Assembly (NCBI GenBank): GCA_964395165.1 | Contig: CAYMZY010000002.1 | Span: forward strand, 15,922 to 59,138 | From: an uncultured Bdellovibrionales bacterium | Lineage (GTDB): Bacteria > Patescibacteriota > Minisyncoccia > Moranbacterales > UBA1568 | DNA length: 43,217 nt | Direction of reading: 5' to 3' | In this document: positions 18,202-27,262 of the stretch, piece after piece | Layout: each line of letters begins with the position of its first letter | Numbering within the stretch: position 1 is the stretch's first letter | The notes under the pieces: model-generated | Told to the model about the DNA's origin: nothing | Seen by the model: the letters and a program-made list of their open reading frames with translations, nothing else | The model's database searches: none | Translations under genes and position numbers: made by a program

Positions 18202-21009
18202 TCAGAGATACTTCCCGGTCATACTCCGCTTGCATGCTTTCAGTTTTTCCGGCTCTCCGGCGAATAAAAGCTCCCCCCCTTTTTCACCACCATCGGGTCC
18301 GAGCTCGATCACCCAGTCGGATGCCCGTATGACATCGATGTTGTGTTCGACGACCAAAACGCTGTTCCCACGGTCGACGAGAATTTCCAATACTTCAAGC
18401 AGACGCCGCACATCTTCGAAGTGAAGTCCGATAGTCGGTTCATCAAGGATGTAGAGCGTTTTCCCGGTCGACTTCCGGGCGAGTTCGGTCGCCAGCTTAA
18501 TACGCTGGGCTTCACCGCCCGAAAGATTCGTCGCGCTCTGCCCTAAGACGAGATATCCGAGACCGACCTCCTCCAGCACCCGAAGTTTCTCTTCGATAGC
18601 CGGTTGATCAAGAAAAAAGCGCCGAGCCTCGGAAACAGTCATCTTGAGCACCTGAGAGATATTTACCCCTCGATACTCGATTGCGAGTGTCTGCGTGTTA
18701 TACCTCGTCCCGCCGCACGCTTCGCAAGGCACGTAAACATCCGGAAGAAGATACATTTCGATCTTCCGCAATCCTCCACCCTGGCAGATTTCGCAACGTC
18801 CACCTCGCATATTAAAACTGAAATGCGTCGCCGAAAAACGCGCCTTACCGGCCTCTGGGGTTTCCGCGAACACATCCCGTATCAGACTGAATACTCCGGT
18901 ATAGGTTGCCGCATTCGAACGAGGAGTCCGTCCAATCGGATCCTGGTTCACCGTAATGACTTTGTCGATATGCGTAAGACCGGTGATCTTCTTGTGCGCT
19001 CCCGGCTCAGTCTTTGCGCGATAGAAATGCTTGGCCAAAGCCCGAGACAGGATGTCGTGGATCAGAGAAGATTTTCCTGATCCGGAAACGCCCGCGACGG
19101 AAACAAGCATCCCGAGAGGGATAACGCAATCGATATTCTTCAGGTTATGTTCTTCCGCTCCCTCGATGACGATACTCTCGCCGCTCCACTTCCTTGATTG
19201 CCTTTTGGTGGAGATCTGACGTCTTCCGGACAAATACTCCCCAGTCAACACCTTCGATTTCATCAGCTTCTCAGGTGTCCCGGCGAAGATGATCTCCCCG
19301 CCTTCCGGTCCAGCTCCCGGTCCGAGATCGATGACATAATCCGCCTGACGCATCATAGCTACGTCATGCTCGACGATCACAAGGGAATTATTCGCTTCCT
19401 TCAGATCAAGCAAAGCCCGTATGAGACGATCAGTATCACGACTGTGCAGCCCGACTGATGGTTCATCAAGGACATAAACAATTCCTGATAAGCCAGACTT
19501 CATCTGTACTGACAATCGGATGCGCTGAGCCTCACCACCCGACAAGGTATCTGCACCCCGACACAGTTCCAAATAGCCGAGGCCCACCTTTTCCACCGCC
19601 TTGAGCCGAGATTCGATCTCCCGAAAAAGAGTCATTATCACATCCCGCTCCTTCCCTGTCCGAATAATCTTCTCTTTCAAATCCCTACAGACGGCAAGTA
19701 GACGTTCGGTACTCAGATCAGCGAGATCGGCAAGAGAATATCCGAGCACGGTCACCGAGAGGGCTGACAATTTCAACCGCCTTCCCTGACACGCCGGACA
19801 GACTTGCGATTGCATGAACCCTTCTATTTCCTGGCGCAGATGATCAGATTTCGTATCCCGATACTTCTCCTCCAAAAAACGGATGACCCCCCGGAACCGA
19901 TGCGCATCCGTCTGCCATCCCTCTTCACCAAACAGAACTGCCTTCATCTGTTTGACCGAAAGCTGCTTCACCGGGACCGTCAAGGAGAAATGCAACCGTT
20001 TGGCAAGCAGAGATATCTCATGCATCGGACCATTCTCCCGTTGTCTTTCACTATGCAGCTTGCTCCATGGGCGGATCGCTCCTTCGGTGATCGAGAGAGA
20101 ATGATTCGGAATGATCAGTTCCGCATCGAATTCGAGCGTACGCCCGAGTCCGGTACATTTCGGACAGGCCCCTTCCGGGTTATTGAACGAGAAGTGGCTC
20201 GGTGTGTATTCCGGCAATCGGATATCGCATAACTCACACCGGTACTCATTATTATATGTTCTCATCTCCCCTCCTCCGTTCTGTAAAACAGTAAGCGTCC
20301 CCTTCCCGACTGCAAAGGCGGTCGAGAGAGAATCAAGCAATCGTTCCTTGTCCGGGCGAGCCTGATCCAAAACCAATCGATCGATAACGATATCGAACGG
20401 GTTCTCGTCCGAATGGGAAGCGGAAGCCAATGCATCAGCAATCGATATCGTTTCCTCACCACGCCGGATACGCACATACCCGAGACGGTCGACTACTTCC
20501 AGTGCCTCTCTTTCCGGCTTTCGATCAGTCTGATCGCTGTGCGCCACAATAACGATCGGCGTCTGATCAGGCAGAAGCAGGAGCTCTTCCATGATCTCCC
20601 TGGCCGTGATACGTTCCAGTACCTTCCGGCATGTCGGACAATGAGGAACACCGGTCTTGGTGAACAGGACACGAAGAAAGTCGTATACTTCCGTCATCGT
20701 GCCAACCGTCGAGCGAGGACTACGGGAAACACTCTTCTGATCGATGGAGATGGCGGGAGAAAGATTATTGATAGCGTCGACATCAGGCTTCTCGAAACCC
20801 TCCATGAAGTGCCGCGCATACGAGGAAAGCGATTCGACGTACCGTCGGTTCGCCTCCGCGAATACCGTATCGAACGCAAGGGAAGATTTTCCTGATCCGG
20901 ACAATCCCGTCACCACTACCAATGCGTTGCGCGGGATATCCACGTCCACGTTCTTCAGATTGTTCACGCGCGCACCCCGCACCTCAATCACCGACTTTTT
21001 ATCTGCCAT
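18202..21009 (-). CDS. uvrA: Excinuclease ABC subunit A, full-length paralog (insertion domain present)
   Basis: 935-aa ORF with two ABC modules ([14 protein letters not shown] and [13 protein letters not shown]; LSGGEAQRI twice). Zn modules: CPTC...CELC, CPKC...CPAC, CEIC...CEAC. Confidence 0.95.
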   Translation of the reverse strand: MADKKSVIEVRGARVNNLKNVDVDIPRNALVVVTGLSGSGKSSLAFDTVFAEANRRYVESLSSYARHFMEGFEKPDVDAINNLSPAISIDQKSVSRSPRSTVGTMTEVYDFLRVLFTKTGVPHCPTCRKVLERITAREIMEELLLLPDQTPIVIVAHSDQTDRKPEREALEVVDRLGYVRIRRGEETISIADALASASHSDENPFDIVIDRLVLDQARPDKERLLDSLSTAFAVGKGTLTVLQNGGGEMRTYNNEYRCELCDIRLPEYTPSHFSFNNPEGACPKCTGLGRTLEFDAELIIPNHSLSITEGAIRPWSKLHSERQRENGPMHEISLLAKRLHFSLTVPVKQLSVKQMKAVLFGEEGWQTDAHRFRGVIRFLEEKYRDTKSDHLRQEIEGFMQSQVCPACQGRRLKLSALSVTVLGYSLADLADLSTERLLAVCRDLKEKIIRTGKERDVIMTLFREIESRLKAVEKVGLGYLELCRGADTLSGGEAQRIRLSVQMKSGLSGIVYVLDEPSVGLHSRDTDRLIRALLDLKEANNSLVIVEHDVAMMRQADYVIDLGPGAGPEGGEIIFAGTPEKLMKSKVLTGEYLSGRRQISTKRQSRKWSGESIVIEGAEEHNLKNIDCVIPLGMLVSVAGVSGSGKSSLIHDILSRALAKHFYRAKTEPGAHKKITGLTHIDKVITVNQDPIGRTPRSNAATYTGVFSLIRDVFAETPEAGKARFSATHFSFNMRGGRCEICQGGGLRKIEMYLLPDVYVPCEACGGTRYNTQTLAIEYRGVNISQVLKMTVSEARRFFLDQPAIEEKLRVLEEVGLGYLVLGQSATNLSGGEAQRIKLATELARKSTGKTLYILDEPTIGLHFEDVRRLLEVLEILVDRGNSVLVVEHNIDVIRASDWVIELGPDGGEKGGELLFAGEPEKLKACKRSMTGKYL

Positions 21010-21087
21010 ACGGCTCAGGAATCTTATGAAAAAATATCACGAAAAAAAATCGGCTCCAGCTCTCTTCTCTGGCAATACGCGATGTAG

Positions 21088-21116
21088 AGTATACCGTTTT
21101 TCCGGAAGCGTGTAAA
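21088..21116 (-). promoter_or_regulatory. Candidate promoter for uvrA (paralog 1)
   Basis: The minus strand reads TTTACA (21116-21111), 17-nt spacer, TATACT (21093-21088), about 78 nt upstream of the ATG at 21009. Confidence 0.5.
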
Positions 21117-21151
21117 CCATCGGGAGACACGGAAAGTAAGTTCCGGAAATA

Positions 21152-22399
21152 CTACGCGAGCAGTGCCTTGCCTCGGCGTTTCCGATGGAGCGCAAGAGCA
21201 AAACGGTGTGCCTCTGCATTCGCTAAAAGCGCTTCGCTTTCAAAACGCTTCCGGAGACCTTCGGGACCGATAAGGTGGTCTGGCTGGTGCCGAGCATCTT
21301 TCACCACTCCGAGTATCGGAATCGAAAGCCCAGCAGCCGCGAGGACACGCTCAGCCACCTCTTGCTGCAGAAATGACCCATCCACCACTACGATTTCCGG
21401 CAACGACCACTCAGGATGACCGAATCGGCGAGTCAGCACCTCCTCCAGGGCCGAAAGATCATTTCCGCCATGTTCTCCACGCAACACGAATTGCCGATAC
21501 TCATCCTTATTCGGACGACCACGCTCGATGACAGTCATTACGCCGACCGTTTCGGTTCCGCCGAGATGCGCGACATCGTATGCCTCGATCCGATGCGGTT
21601 TCATCTCCCTGAGATCATCTTTCACAAGCGAAACATCCTGAATATGCGAAAGGGCAAACAACTGTCGTTTCAGACGTGCCGCTTCCTCGAAACGAAGCAT
21701 CTCCGCCTCGCGTCGCATATCCCGCTCGATTCCCTTCACCAACACGCTTTTCTTCCCCTCAAAAAAAAGCTCGATACGACGTATGATCTTCCGATACTCG
21801 ATGTCTCGGATACTCCCTACACAGACACCGGGACATAACCCAATCTGGAAGGAGAAACACGCCTGTCCGGAATCAGGAGTGCAGGTATCCCGGAATGGGA
21901 ATATCCGTCGAACGATCTTCATCACCTCACGCAACGCTGTTCCGGCCGGAAACGGTCCGAATACCTTCCGAACGGGGTCGCGGAATTTTCCCTGTGCGAA
22001 ATCCCTCCCACGTATCACGAGTACCCGAGGGAAAGACTCATCGGTTATGACCACATGGTTGAAGCTCTTGTCATCTTTCTCATCAGTATTGTACGCCGGC
22101 TGATACTCCTTGATGAGCCGAGACTCCAGAAGCAACGCCTCAAGCACGGAATCCGTCTCGCGATACGCGATATACCGCGCCCGTTCCAGCATAAGAACGA
22201 TTTTCGGTCCACGCGTCCCGAACATATCTCCGGAAAAGTAGCTCCGCACCCGATCGCGGAGCGAAGTCGCCTTACCGATGTAAAGAATCTCATCCGCGGC
22301 ATCCAGGAAAAAATACACTCCCGGACACTCGGGAAGCAATCCGGTCTCCTGACGCCAGGATACGAGATCATATCGATTGGTCCACTGGATTTTCGACAT
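21152..22399 (-). CDS. uvrC: Excinuclease ABC subunit C, short form lacking the C-terminal (HhH)2 domain
   Basis: 415-aa ORF with a GIY-YIG domain (GVYFFLDAADEILYIGKATSLRDRVRSYF) and a UVR motif (EMLRFEEAARLKRQLFAL). The RNase-H-like 5'-incision domain is present (IEAYDVAHLGG, GGNDLSAL, VVVDGS, AEAHRFA). The protein ends at HRKRRGKALLA. Confidence 0.85.
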   Translation of the reverse strand: MSKIQWTNRYDLVSWRQETGLLPECPGVYFFLDAADEILYIGKATSLRDRVRSYFSGDMFGTRGPKIVLMLERARYIAYRETDSVLEALLLESRLIKEYQPAYNTDEKDDKSFNHVVITDESFPRVLVIRGRDFAQGKFRDPVRKVFGPFPAGTALREVMKIVRRIFPFRDTCTPDSGQACFSFQIGLCPGVCVGSIRDIEYRKIIRRIELFFEGKKSVLVKGIERDMRREAEMLRFEEAARLKRQLFALSHIQDVSLVKDDLREMKPHRIEAYDVAHLGGTETVGVMTVIERGRPNKDEYRQFVLRGEHGGNDLSALEEVLTRRFGHPEWSLPEIVVVDGSFLQQEVAERVLAAAGLSIPILGVVKDARHQPDHLIGPEGLRKRFESEALLANAEAHRFALALHRKRRGKALLA

Positions 22400-22401
22400 A
22401 G

Positions 22402-22430
22402 TTGACTAAATCATATATTAACGGTATAAT
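22402..22430 (+). promoter_or_regulatory. Consensus sigma70-type promoter for the 22464 small ORF
   Basis: TTGACT (22402-22407), 17-nt spacer, TATAAT (22425-22430). A GAGAGG SD lies before the ATG at 22464. Confidence 0.65.
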
Positions 22431-22438
22431 ATATACAA
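22410..22438 (-). promoter_or_regulatory. Candidate uvrC promoter, interleaved with the divergent promoter; implies a near-leaderless uvrC mRNA
   Basis: The minus strand reads TTGTAT (22438-22433), 17-nt spacer, TATGAT (22415-22410). Only 10 nt separate the -10 from the uvrC ATG (22399), and there is no SD. Confidence 0.4.
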
Positions 22439-22463
22439 GTTCATCCACCCAGAGAGGTTCGAA

Positions 22464-22703
22464 ATGATGGCTCGAGTGAAGCCCAGATTCAAAATCACCG
22501 AACTTCGGGAGGCAGTGCTAGCACTCCTCGACGACAAAAGCGCTCCGGATTTCAGGTCTGCATTCGCACGCGTCATGCACGCACGCGGCATCTTCCACAG
22601 GAAAGATGAGCAGGAAACCTATAATTTCTACTTCAGAAAGCTCAAGCCACTCATCCTAACGGCACTCAATACCCGGAAACGCAAAGCGCAAAAACTCGTT
22701 TGA
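22464..22703 (+). CDS. Small basic protein of unknown function (79 aa)
   Basis: The ORF has its own consensus promoter, SD and intrinsic terminator. The C-terminus is Lys/Arg-rich (NTRKRKAQKLV). I recognise no family. Confidence 0.6.
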   Translation: MMARVKPRFKITELREAVLALLDDKSAPDFRSAFARVMHARGIFHRKDEQETYNFYFRKLKPLILTALNTRKRKAQKLV

Positions 22704-22734
22704 AGCAGCCTATCCTAAGGCTGTTCTTTTTTTT
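22704..22734 (+). terminator. Rho-independent terminator of the small ORF
   Basis: AGCAGCC (22704-10), 8-nt loop, GGCTGTT (22719-25), then C followed by a T-run (22727-22734). Confidence 0.7.
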
Positions 22735-22746
22735 AAACCGTACTCC

Positions 22747-23355
22747 TCATATTCCCATAGACACGATTCTTCCAACATCTCCGTTTCCACTCTCAAGCAG
22801 CGAGTGGTCTCGGAGCTCCTGCCGACGAAGCGAAGCGCCCGGCAAAACCGCCTCAAGCAATGTCCAAAAACGATGGCTGTGATTATGTTCTCGGAGATGG
22901 CAGAGCTCGTGGGCGACGATGTATTCCACCAGATGAGGTGGCAGGAAAACCAGACGATAATTGAAAGACAACGCTCCCTTGGCCGAACAACTCCCCCAAC
23001 GCGTCCGCTGATCCCGGATGGTGAGCGCTGTATAGCACCACTCCTGCCTCGCGCTCAAAACAGCGAGATGCTCTCGCACGAGAGCGAGAGCCGATTCACG
23101 ATAAGCAAGAAACCGCTCGCGTTCCATCGCCACCGGAAGTCGTGGTGAGTGTCCGGCATCCCGGAAACGAATCTGCGCCTCCGTTATCCAGGCCTGCTGA
23201 TTCACGAGGAAACGGCGGATCAGAGCAAGCGGTGCCAGGCGCGGAGCAGTGACCGTCACCTGTCCATCATGCGCCACCACCAAACGAAGATTCCGTAACC
23301 CGCGACGACGTCGGATCCGGATTGGTCTTCCCGAACTATCCTGAATTTCACTCAT
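22747..23355 (-). CDS. YgjP-like / DUF45 zinc metallopeptidase-fold protein
   Basis: 202-aa ORF with RDQRTRWGSCSAKGALSFNYRL followed by EYIVAHELCHLREHNHSHRFW (HExxH plus downstream His). Its start overlaps the uvrA-2 stop as ATGA (23352-23355). Confidence 0.82.
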   Translation of the reverse strand: MSEIQDSSGRPIRIRRRRGLRNLRLVVAHDGQVTVTAPRLAPLALIRRFLVNQQAWITEAQIRFRDAGHSPRLPVAMERERFLAYRESALALVREHLAVLSARQEWCYTALTIRDQRTRWGSCSAKGALSFNYRLVFLPPHLVEYIVAHELCHLREHNHSHRFWTLLEAVLPGASLRRQELRDHSLLESGNGDVGRIVSMGI

Positions 23356-25922
23356 CTCTTCAGTGCTTTCCTCAGGTACTGACCCGTATACGTTCCGGTC
23401 TTCTGCGCTACCTCTTCCGGTGTTCCGGTCGCGACAACTTTGCCGCCTCCCGACCCTCCCTCGGGACCGATATCGATGATATAGTCGGAGGATTTGATGA
23501 AATCCATATTGTGCTCGATCGTCACGACCGTGTTCCCCTTCACAACCAGACGGTCAAGTATCTCCACTAGTTTCCTCACATCAGCGTAATGAAGCCCGAT
23601 CGTCGGCTCATCCAGGAGATAGATGGTTCGTTCGATCTGCTGCCGGTACAGTTCCGAAGAGATCTTGACCCGCTGCGCCTCACCGCCCGAAAGCGTTGTC
23701 GCTGATTGGCCAAGCTTGAGATAGCCGAGGCCGACTTCGTTCAGTGTTTTTAGACGATCGGCAATCGCCGGAATCTCGTAGAAAAACGAGTACGCCTCCT
23801 CGATCGTCATATCGAGTATCTCGGCGATATGCTTATGTTTGTATTTCACTTCGAGCGTCTCCTTCATGAAACGCTTCCCGTCACACACGTCGCAAGGAAC
23901 ATAGACGGTCGGAAGAAAATGCATCTCGACGGCGATGAAACCATTACCTTCGCAGGTCTCACAACGTCCACCTGGACGATTGAAGGAGAAGCGTCCAGCT
24001 CTCCACCCGCGCACCCGCGCCTCTTCCGTTGAGGCGAACAGATCGCGCACATGTGTCCAAGCACCAGTATAGGTTGCTGGATTCGAACGCGGCGTTCGGC
24101 CGATGGGTGACTGGTCAATCAGCACCACTCGTGAAAGGTACTCGCTCCCGGTGAAATTCTTGCAGTGAAAGGTCTCATTGGATTTATAACGCCGATCGAA
24201 ACGAGCCTGGAGATTTTTATGAAGAATATCGTACAGAAAGGTCGATTTCCCGGAGCCGGACACACCGGTCACCGAAATGAAACGCCCGAGAGGCACGTCG
24301 ACATCCATATCCTGGATATTGAAAAGCCGGGCCCCGCGGATCCTCAAAGCACCCTTGTCCTTATGCCGACGGATTTCCGGAACCGGAAACTTCTCCTCTC
24401 CACGAAGGTACGCCAAGGTCAATGATCCGGAATCATTCTTTTTTGCGGTCAGAAGCTCCTCAAGAAAACCAGAAGCCACCACATGCCCCCCATGCACTCC
24501 GGCACCCGGTCCGATATCGACCAGGTAGTCGCTCGCGTAGATCGTATCCTCATCGTGTTCGACAATCAAGATCGTATTCCCCAGCGCTTGAAGATTTTTC
24601 AAGGTTTCAATAAGACGGTCATTATCCCGACTGTGCAGTCCGATCGTCGGTTCATCGAGCACGTAGAGCGCTCCTACCAACTGGCTTCCAAGCTGGGACG
24701 CCAGACGGATACGTTGCGCCTCACCACCAGAAAGCGTATTCGCCCGCCGATCGAGCGTCAAATAGTCAAGTCCGACATTCAGAAGGAAGCGCAGCCGGCT
24801 CCCTATCTCGCGAAGAACGACCGATGCGATCTGCTGTTCCCGCGGCGAAAGTTCAAGCGTCGCCAGAAACCGTTCCGCATCGCCAGTCGGCAGTGCTGTG
24901 ATCTCGACGATATTCTTCCCTCCGACCAGGATATGCAAAGCCTCTTCTCGCAAGCGCGACCCCTGGCAGGTCTCACAGGGATCGTCCCCGAAGAAATGCT
25001 TCGTTCCGAGACCATTACAAGCCTGACAGGCACCATAGGGAGAATTGAATGAGAAAAGCCTCGGTTCAACTTCCGGATAGGAAAATCCATCATACGGACA
25101 GGAGAATCGGGAGGAAAGAAGAGTGGACTCTTCACCGAGAATGACCTTGACCAGACCATCACTCTCCTCGAGCGCCCGCTCGACTGCCTCCGATAAGCGC
25201 TCCTCGGATGTCTCGGGAAACTGCTTGAATTCCCCCAGAGGAATTTCATCGACGATGAGATCGATATCGTGCTTCTTGTTCTTCGAAAGCAGTATCTGCT
25301 CGCGTAGACTATGCCGTTTGCCATCGAGAAGAATTTCCGCAAACCCCTTGTTGAGGGCGGCATACAAAAGCTGATAATATTCACCCTTGCGTCCCCGTAC
25401 GACCGGAGCCGTGATGGTGAGGCTTCCGGACCGTTTCGTTTTCCGCACCCGTTCGCGTACCAGCTCACGCATCTCCTCAGAAGAAAGCTTCTCGATCTTT
25501 CGCCCACAGGTAAGGCAGTGCGGCTCTCCGACGCGCGCGAACATGACACGCAGATAATCGTAAATTTCCGTCACTGTCGCGACGGTTGAACGAGGATTCC
25601 GGCTGGCCGACTTCTGATCGATGGAAATGGCTGGCGACAACCCCCGAATCTCATCGACATCCGGCTTCTGCATCGTATTGAGGAACTGCCTCGCATAAGC
25701 GGAAAGTGATTCGACATACCGCCGCTGACCTTCAGCAAAAATCGTATCAAAAGCCAATGACGACTTTCCAGATCCAGACAGCCCGGTAATGACGACCATG
25801 CGGTTGCGCGGCATATCGACATCGATATTCTTCAGATTGTGAGTTCGCGCACCCCGCACCTCGATCCATTCGGACGGGGTATACGGTGGTGACGGCACTT
25901 GAAATACTCTTTTTTTCGGCAT
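23352..25922 (-). CDS. uvrA: UvrA paralog 2 (856 aa) lacking the insertion domain
   Basis: The N-terminus is very canonical ([54 protein letters not shown]). The UvrB-binding-domain signature [12 protein letters not shown] is present. The segment between the CQACNGLG and CETCQG zinc ligands is only about 10 residues. Confidence 0.9.
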   Translation of the reverse strand: MPKKRVFQVPSPPYTPSEWIEVRGARTHNLKNIDVDMPRNRMVVITGLSGSGKSSLAFDTIFAEGQRRYVESLSAYARQFLNTMQKPDVDEIRGLSPAISIDQKSASRNPRSTVATVTEIYDYLRVMFARVGEPHCLTCGRKIEKLSSEEMRELVRERVRKTKRSGSLTITAPVVRGRKGEYYQLLYAALNKGFAEILLDGKRHSLREQILLSKNKKHDIDLIVDEIPLGEFKQFPETSEERLSEAVERALEESDGLVKVILGEESTLLSSRFSCPYDGFSYPEVEPRLFSFNSPYGACQACNGLGTKHFFGDDPCETCQGSRLREEALHILVGGKNIVEITALPTGDAERFLATLELSPREQQIASVVLREIGSRLRFLLNVGLDYLTLDRRANTLSGGEAQRIRLASQLGSQLVGALYVLDEPTIGLHSRDNDRLIETLKNLQALGNTILIVEHDEDTIYASDYLVDIGPGAGVHGGHVVASGFLEELLTAKKNDSGSLTLAYLRGEEKFPVPEIRRHKDKGALRIRGARLFNIQDMDVDVPLGRFISVTGVSGSGKSTFLYDILHKNLQARFDRRYKSNETFHCKNFTGSEYLSRVVLIDQSPIGRTPRSNPATYTGAWTHVRDLFASTEEARVRGWRAGRFSFNRPGGRCETCEGNGFIAVEMHFLPTVYVPCDVCDGKRFMKETLEVKYKHKHIAEILDMTIEEAYSFFYEIPAIADRLKTLNEVGLGYLKLGQSATTLSGGEAQRVKISSELYRQQIERTIYLLDEPTIGLHYADVRKLVEILDRLVVKGNTVVTIEHNMDFIKSSDYIIDIGPEGGSGGGKVVATGTPEEVAQKTGTYTGQYLRKALKR

Positions 25923-26003
25923 ATGATTTTCAAAAATTCCAGCTTACTCGCGAGCAAAAAGCTCCCGCTTAGCCTCTGACGATAGCATGTTCCCCGGAGA
26001 CTG

Positions 26004-26711
26004 TCACCCCCTCTTCTCTGCAGCCTTCCTCAGTGCCCGAAGGAATCTCGCTTCATACGGACGTTCCGGATGAGCGACCACCTCGGTCCGACCTTCAGGA
26101 AGGTGGCGAAGGAAGTGGCACATATCGTCAATCCAATCGACGCTTACGAGATATTCCGAAGTCAGTCGGAGCTCTTCGCGCCACAGAATCCGATTCAAAC
26201 CGTGCAAAAAAGAAAGGATGCCTTTCGCCACATGGAAATGCACATCACCAAGGATCCCCTGTGAACCGAAACGGATATATTCGACACCATATTCTCTGGC
26301 AACTTCAAGAAAAACGGGGAAGAACGGAGGAAAAAAATGTATGTGCTCATGGGAATTCATACCATCCGGCAAGCGGCCGAATTTTTCCCGGAAAAGTTCT
26401 ATCTGGGAGCGCCATTCTTCCTTGACCAGGCGCGGAGCAAGGTTCCCACATACCAGATGCCAGATAAAGTTCATCAGACGTTTCACTGATGAATCACCTT
26501 CATTCTCACCTCGTCCAAGAAAACGGATAAGCTCGAGATGAATATCCAAGGCGACACCCGTCTCTTTCAACGCCAAAGCGTCCTCCATCGAAACAAAATG
26601 CGCCAAAACAGCGACCCGGTCCACGACGCCTTCTCGCACCAAGCGAAGAATCGGCGAAGAAGCCTCGCGTATACCATAGTCATCAGCGATGATGATAAGT
26701 TCCTTTTTCAT
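26004..26711 (-). CDS. YdjC/ChbG-family carbohydrate deacetylase-like protein
   Basis: ORF 26004..26747. The ATG at 26709-26711 gives MKKELIIIADDYGI. The ADDYG, DIHLEL and NSHEHIH motifs fit the YdjC family. Confidence 0.75.
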   Translation of the reverse strand: MKKELIIIADDYGIREASSPILRLVREGVVDRVAVLAHFVSMEDALALKETGVALDIHLELIRFLGRGENEGDSSVKRLMNFIWHLVCGNLAPRLVKEEWRSQIELFREKFGRLPDGMNSHEHIHFFPPFFPVFLEVAREYGVEYIRFGSQGILGDVHFHVAKGILSFLHGLNRILWREELRLTSEYLVSVDWIDDMCHFLRHLPEGRTEVVAHPERPYEARFLRALRKAAEKRG

Positions 26712-26792
26712 AGAATTTCTCCCTGATACCCTGCTTTCGGCAACCACCTCTATCCATGATCATCGTTCGGAAAACTGAAGCGGGGCCCAGAA

Positions 26793-27113
26793 TTACGAAC
26801 GCGATACCGACCATACCGGCTTGCCCGAAAGAATATGCCTTTCTATCGGAACACCTTCTCGGCCGAGACGATCAGCCTTCCCTTTCTCTCCGCCACGGTT
26901 ATAGGACCCGACCCGGCCGCAGCTTCGTATCACCCGATGACAAGGAATCCTGGGATCATGGTTTTTCTTCATAAGACTTCCTACCGCGCGAGCTGCTCCC
27001 GGAAAACCAGATTGCTTCGCTACGTCCGCATACGAAAGGGTCGACCCTTCCGGGATACGCACTACGATCTCACGAACTGATTCAGGAAAATTTCTTTCCG
27101 GATTTTTTGCCAT
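26793..27113 (-). CDS. MGMT-family protein, single DNA-binding/alkyltransferase domain with active-site Cys retained
   Basis: 106-aa ORF with a helix-turn-helix region (TLSYADVAKQSGFPGAARAVGSLM) and the IPCHRVI motif. Confidence 0.8.
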   Translation of the reverse strand: MAKNPERNFPESVREIVVRIPEGSTLSYADVAKQSGFPGAARAVGSLMKKNHDPRIPCHRVIRSCGRVGSYNRGGEKGKADRLGREGVPIERHILSGKPVWSVSRS

Positions 27114-27262
27114 GTCCTGATATTTTTGAATATGAACACCACTACTACCGAAAAGACGTTTCTTATCACCGTCTTTCGTTCATTGTACCAATCCTCCAGG
27201 ATAAAAGCCAAGGAGTTCCGCTCAGACGGAACTCCTCACGTGCCCCTCCCATGCAAGAAATA

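Noticed and set aside
24803-25549. 248-aa same-strand alternative-frame ORF inside uvrA-2, and the 189-aa plus-strand ORF at 24483..25052
   Set aside because: Both are fully embedded in a strongly supported uvrA reading frame. The translations are Arg/Ser-rich and lack motifs.
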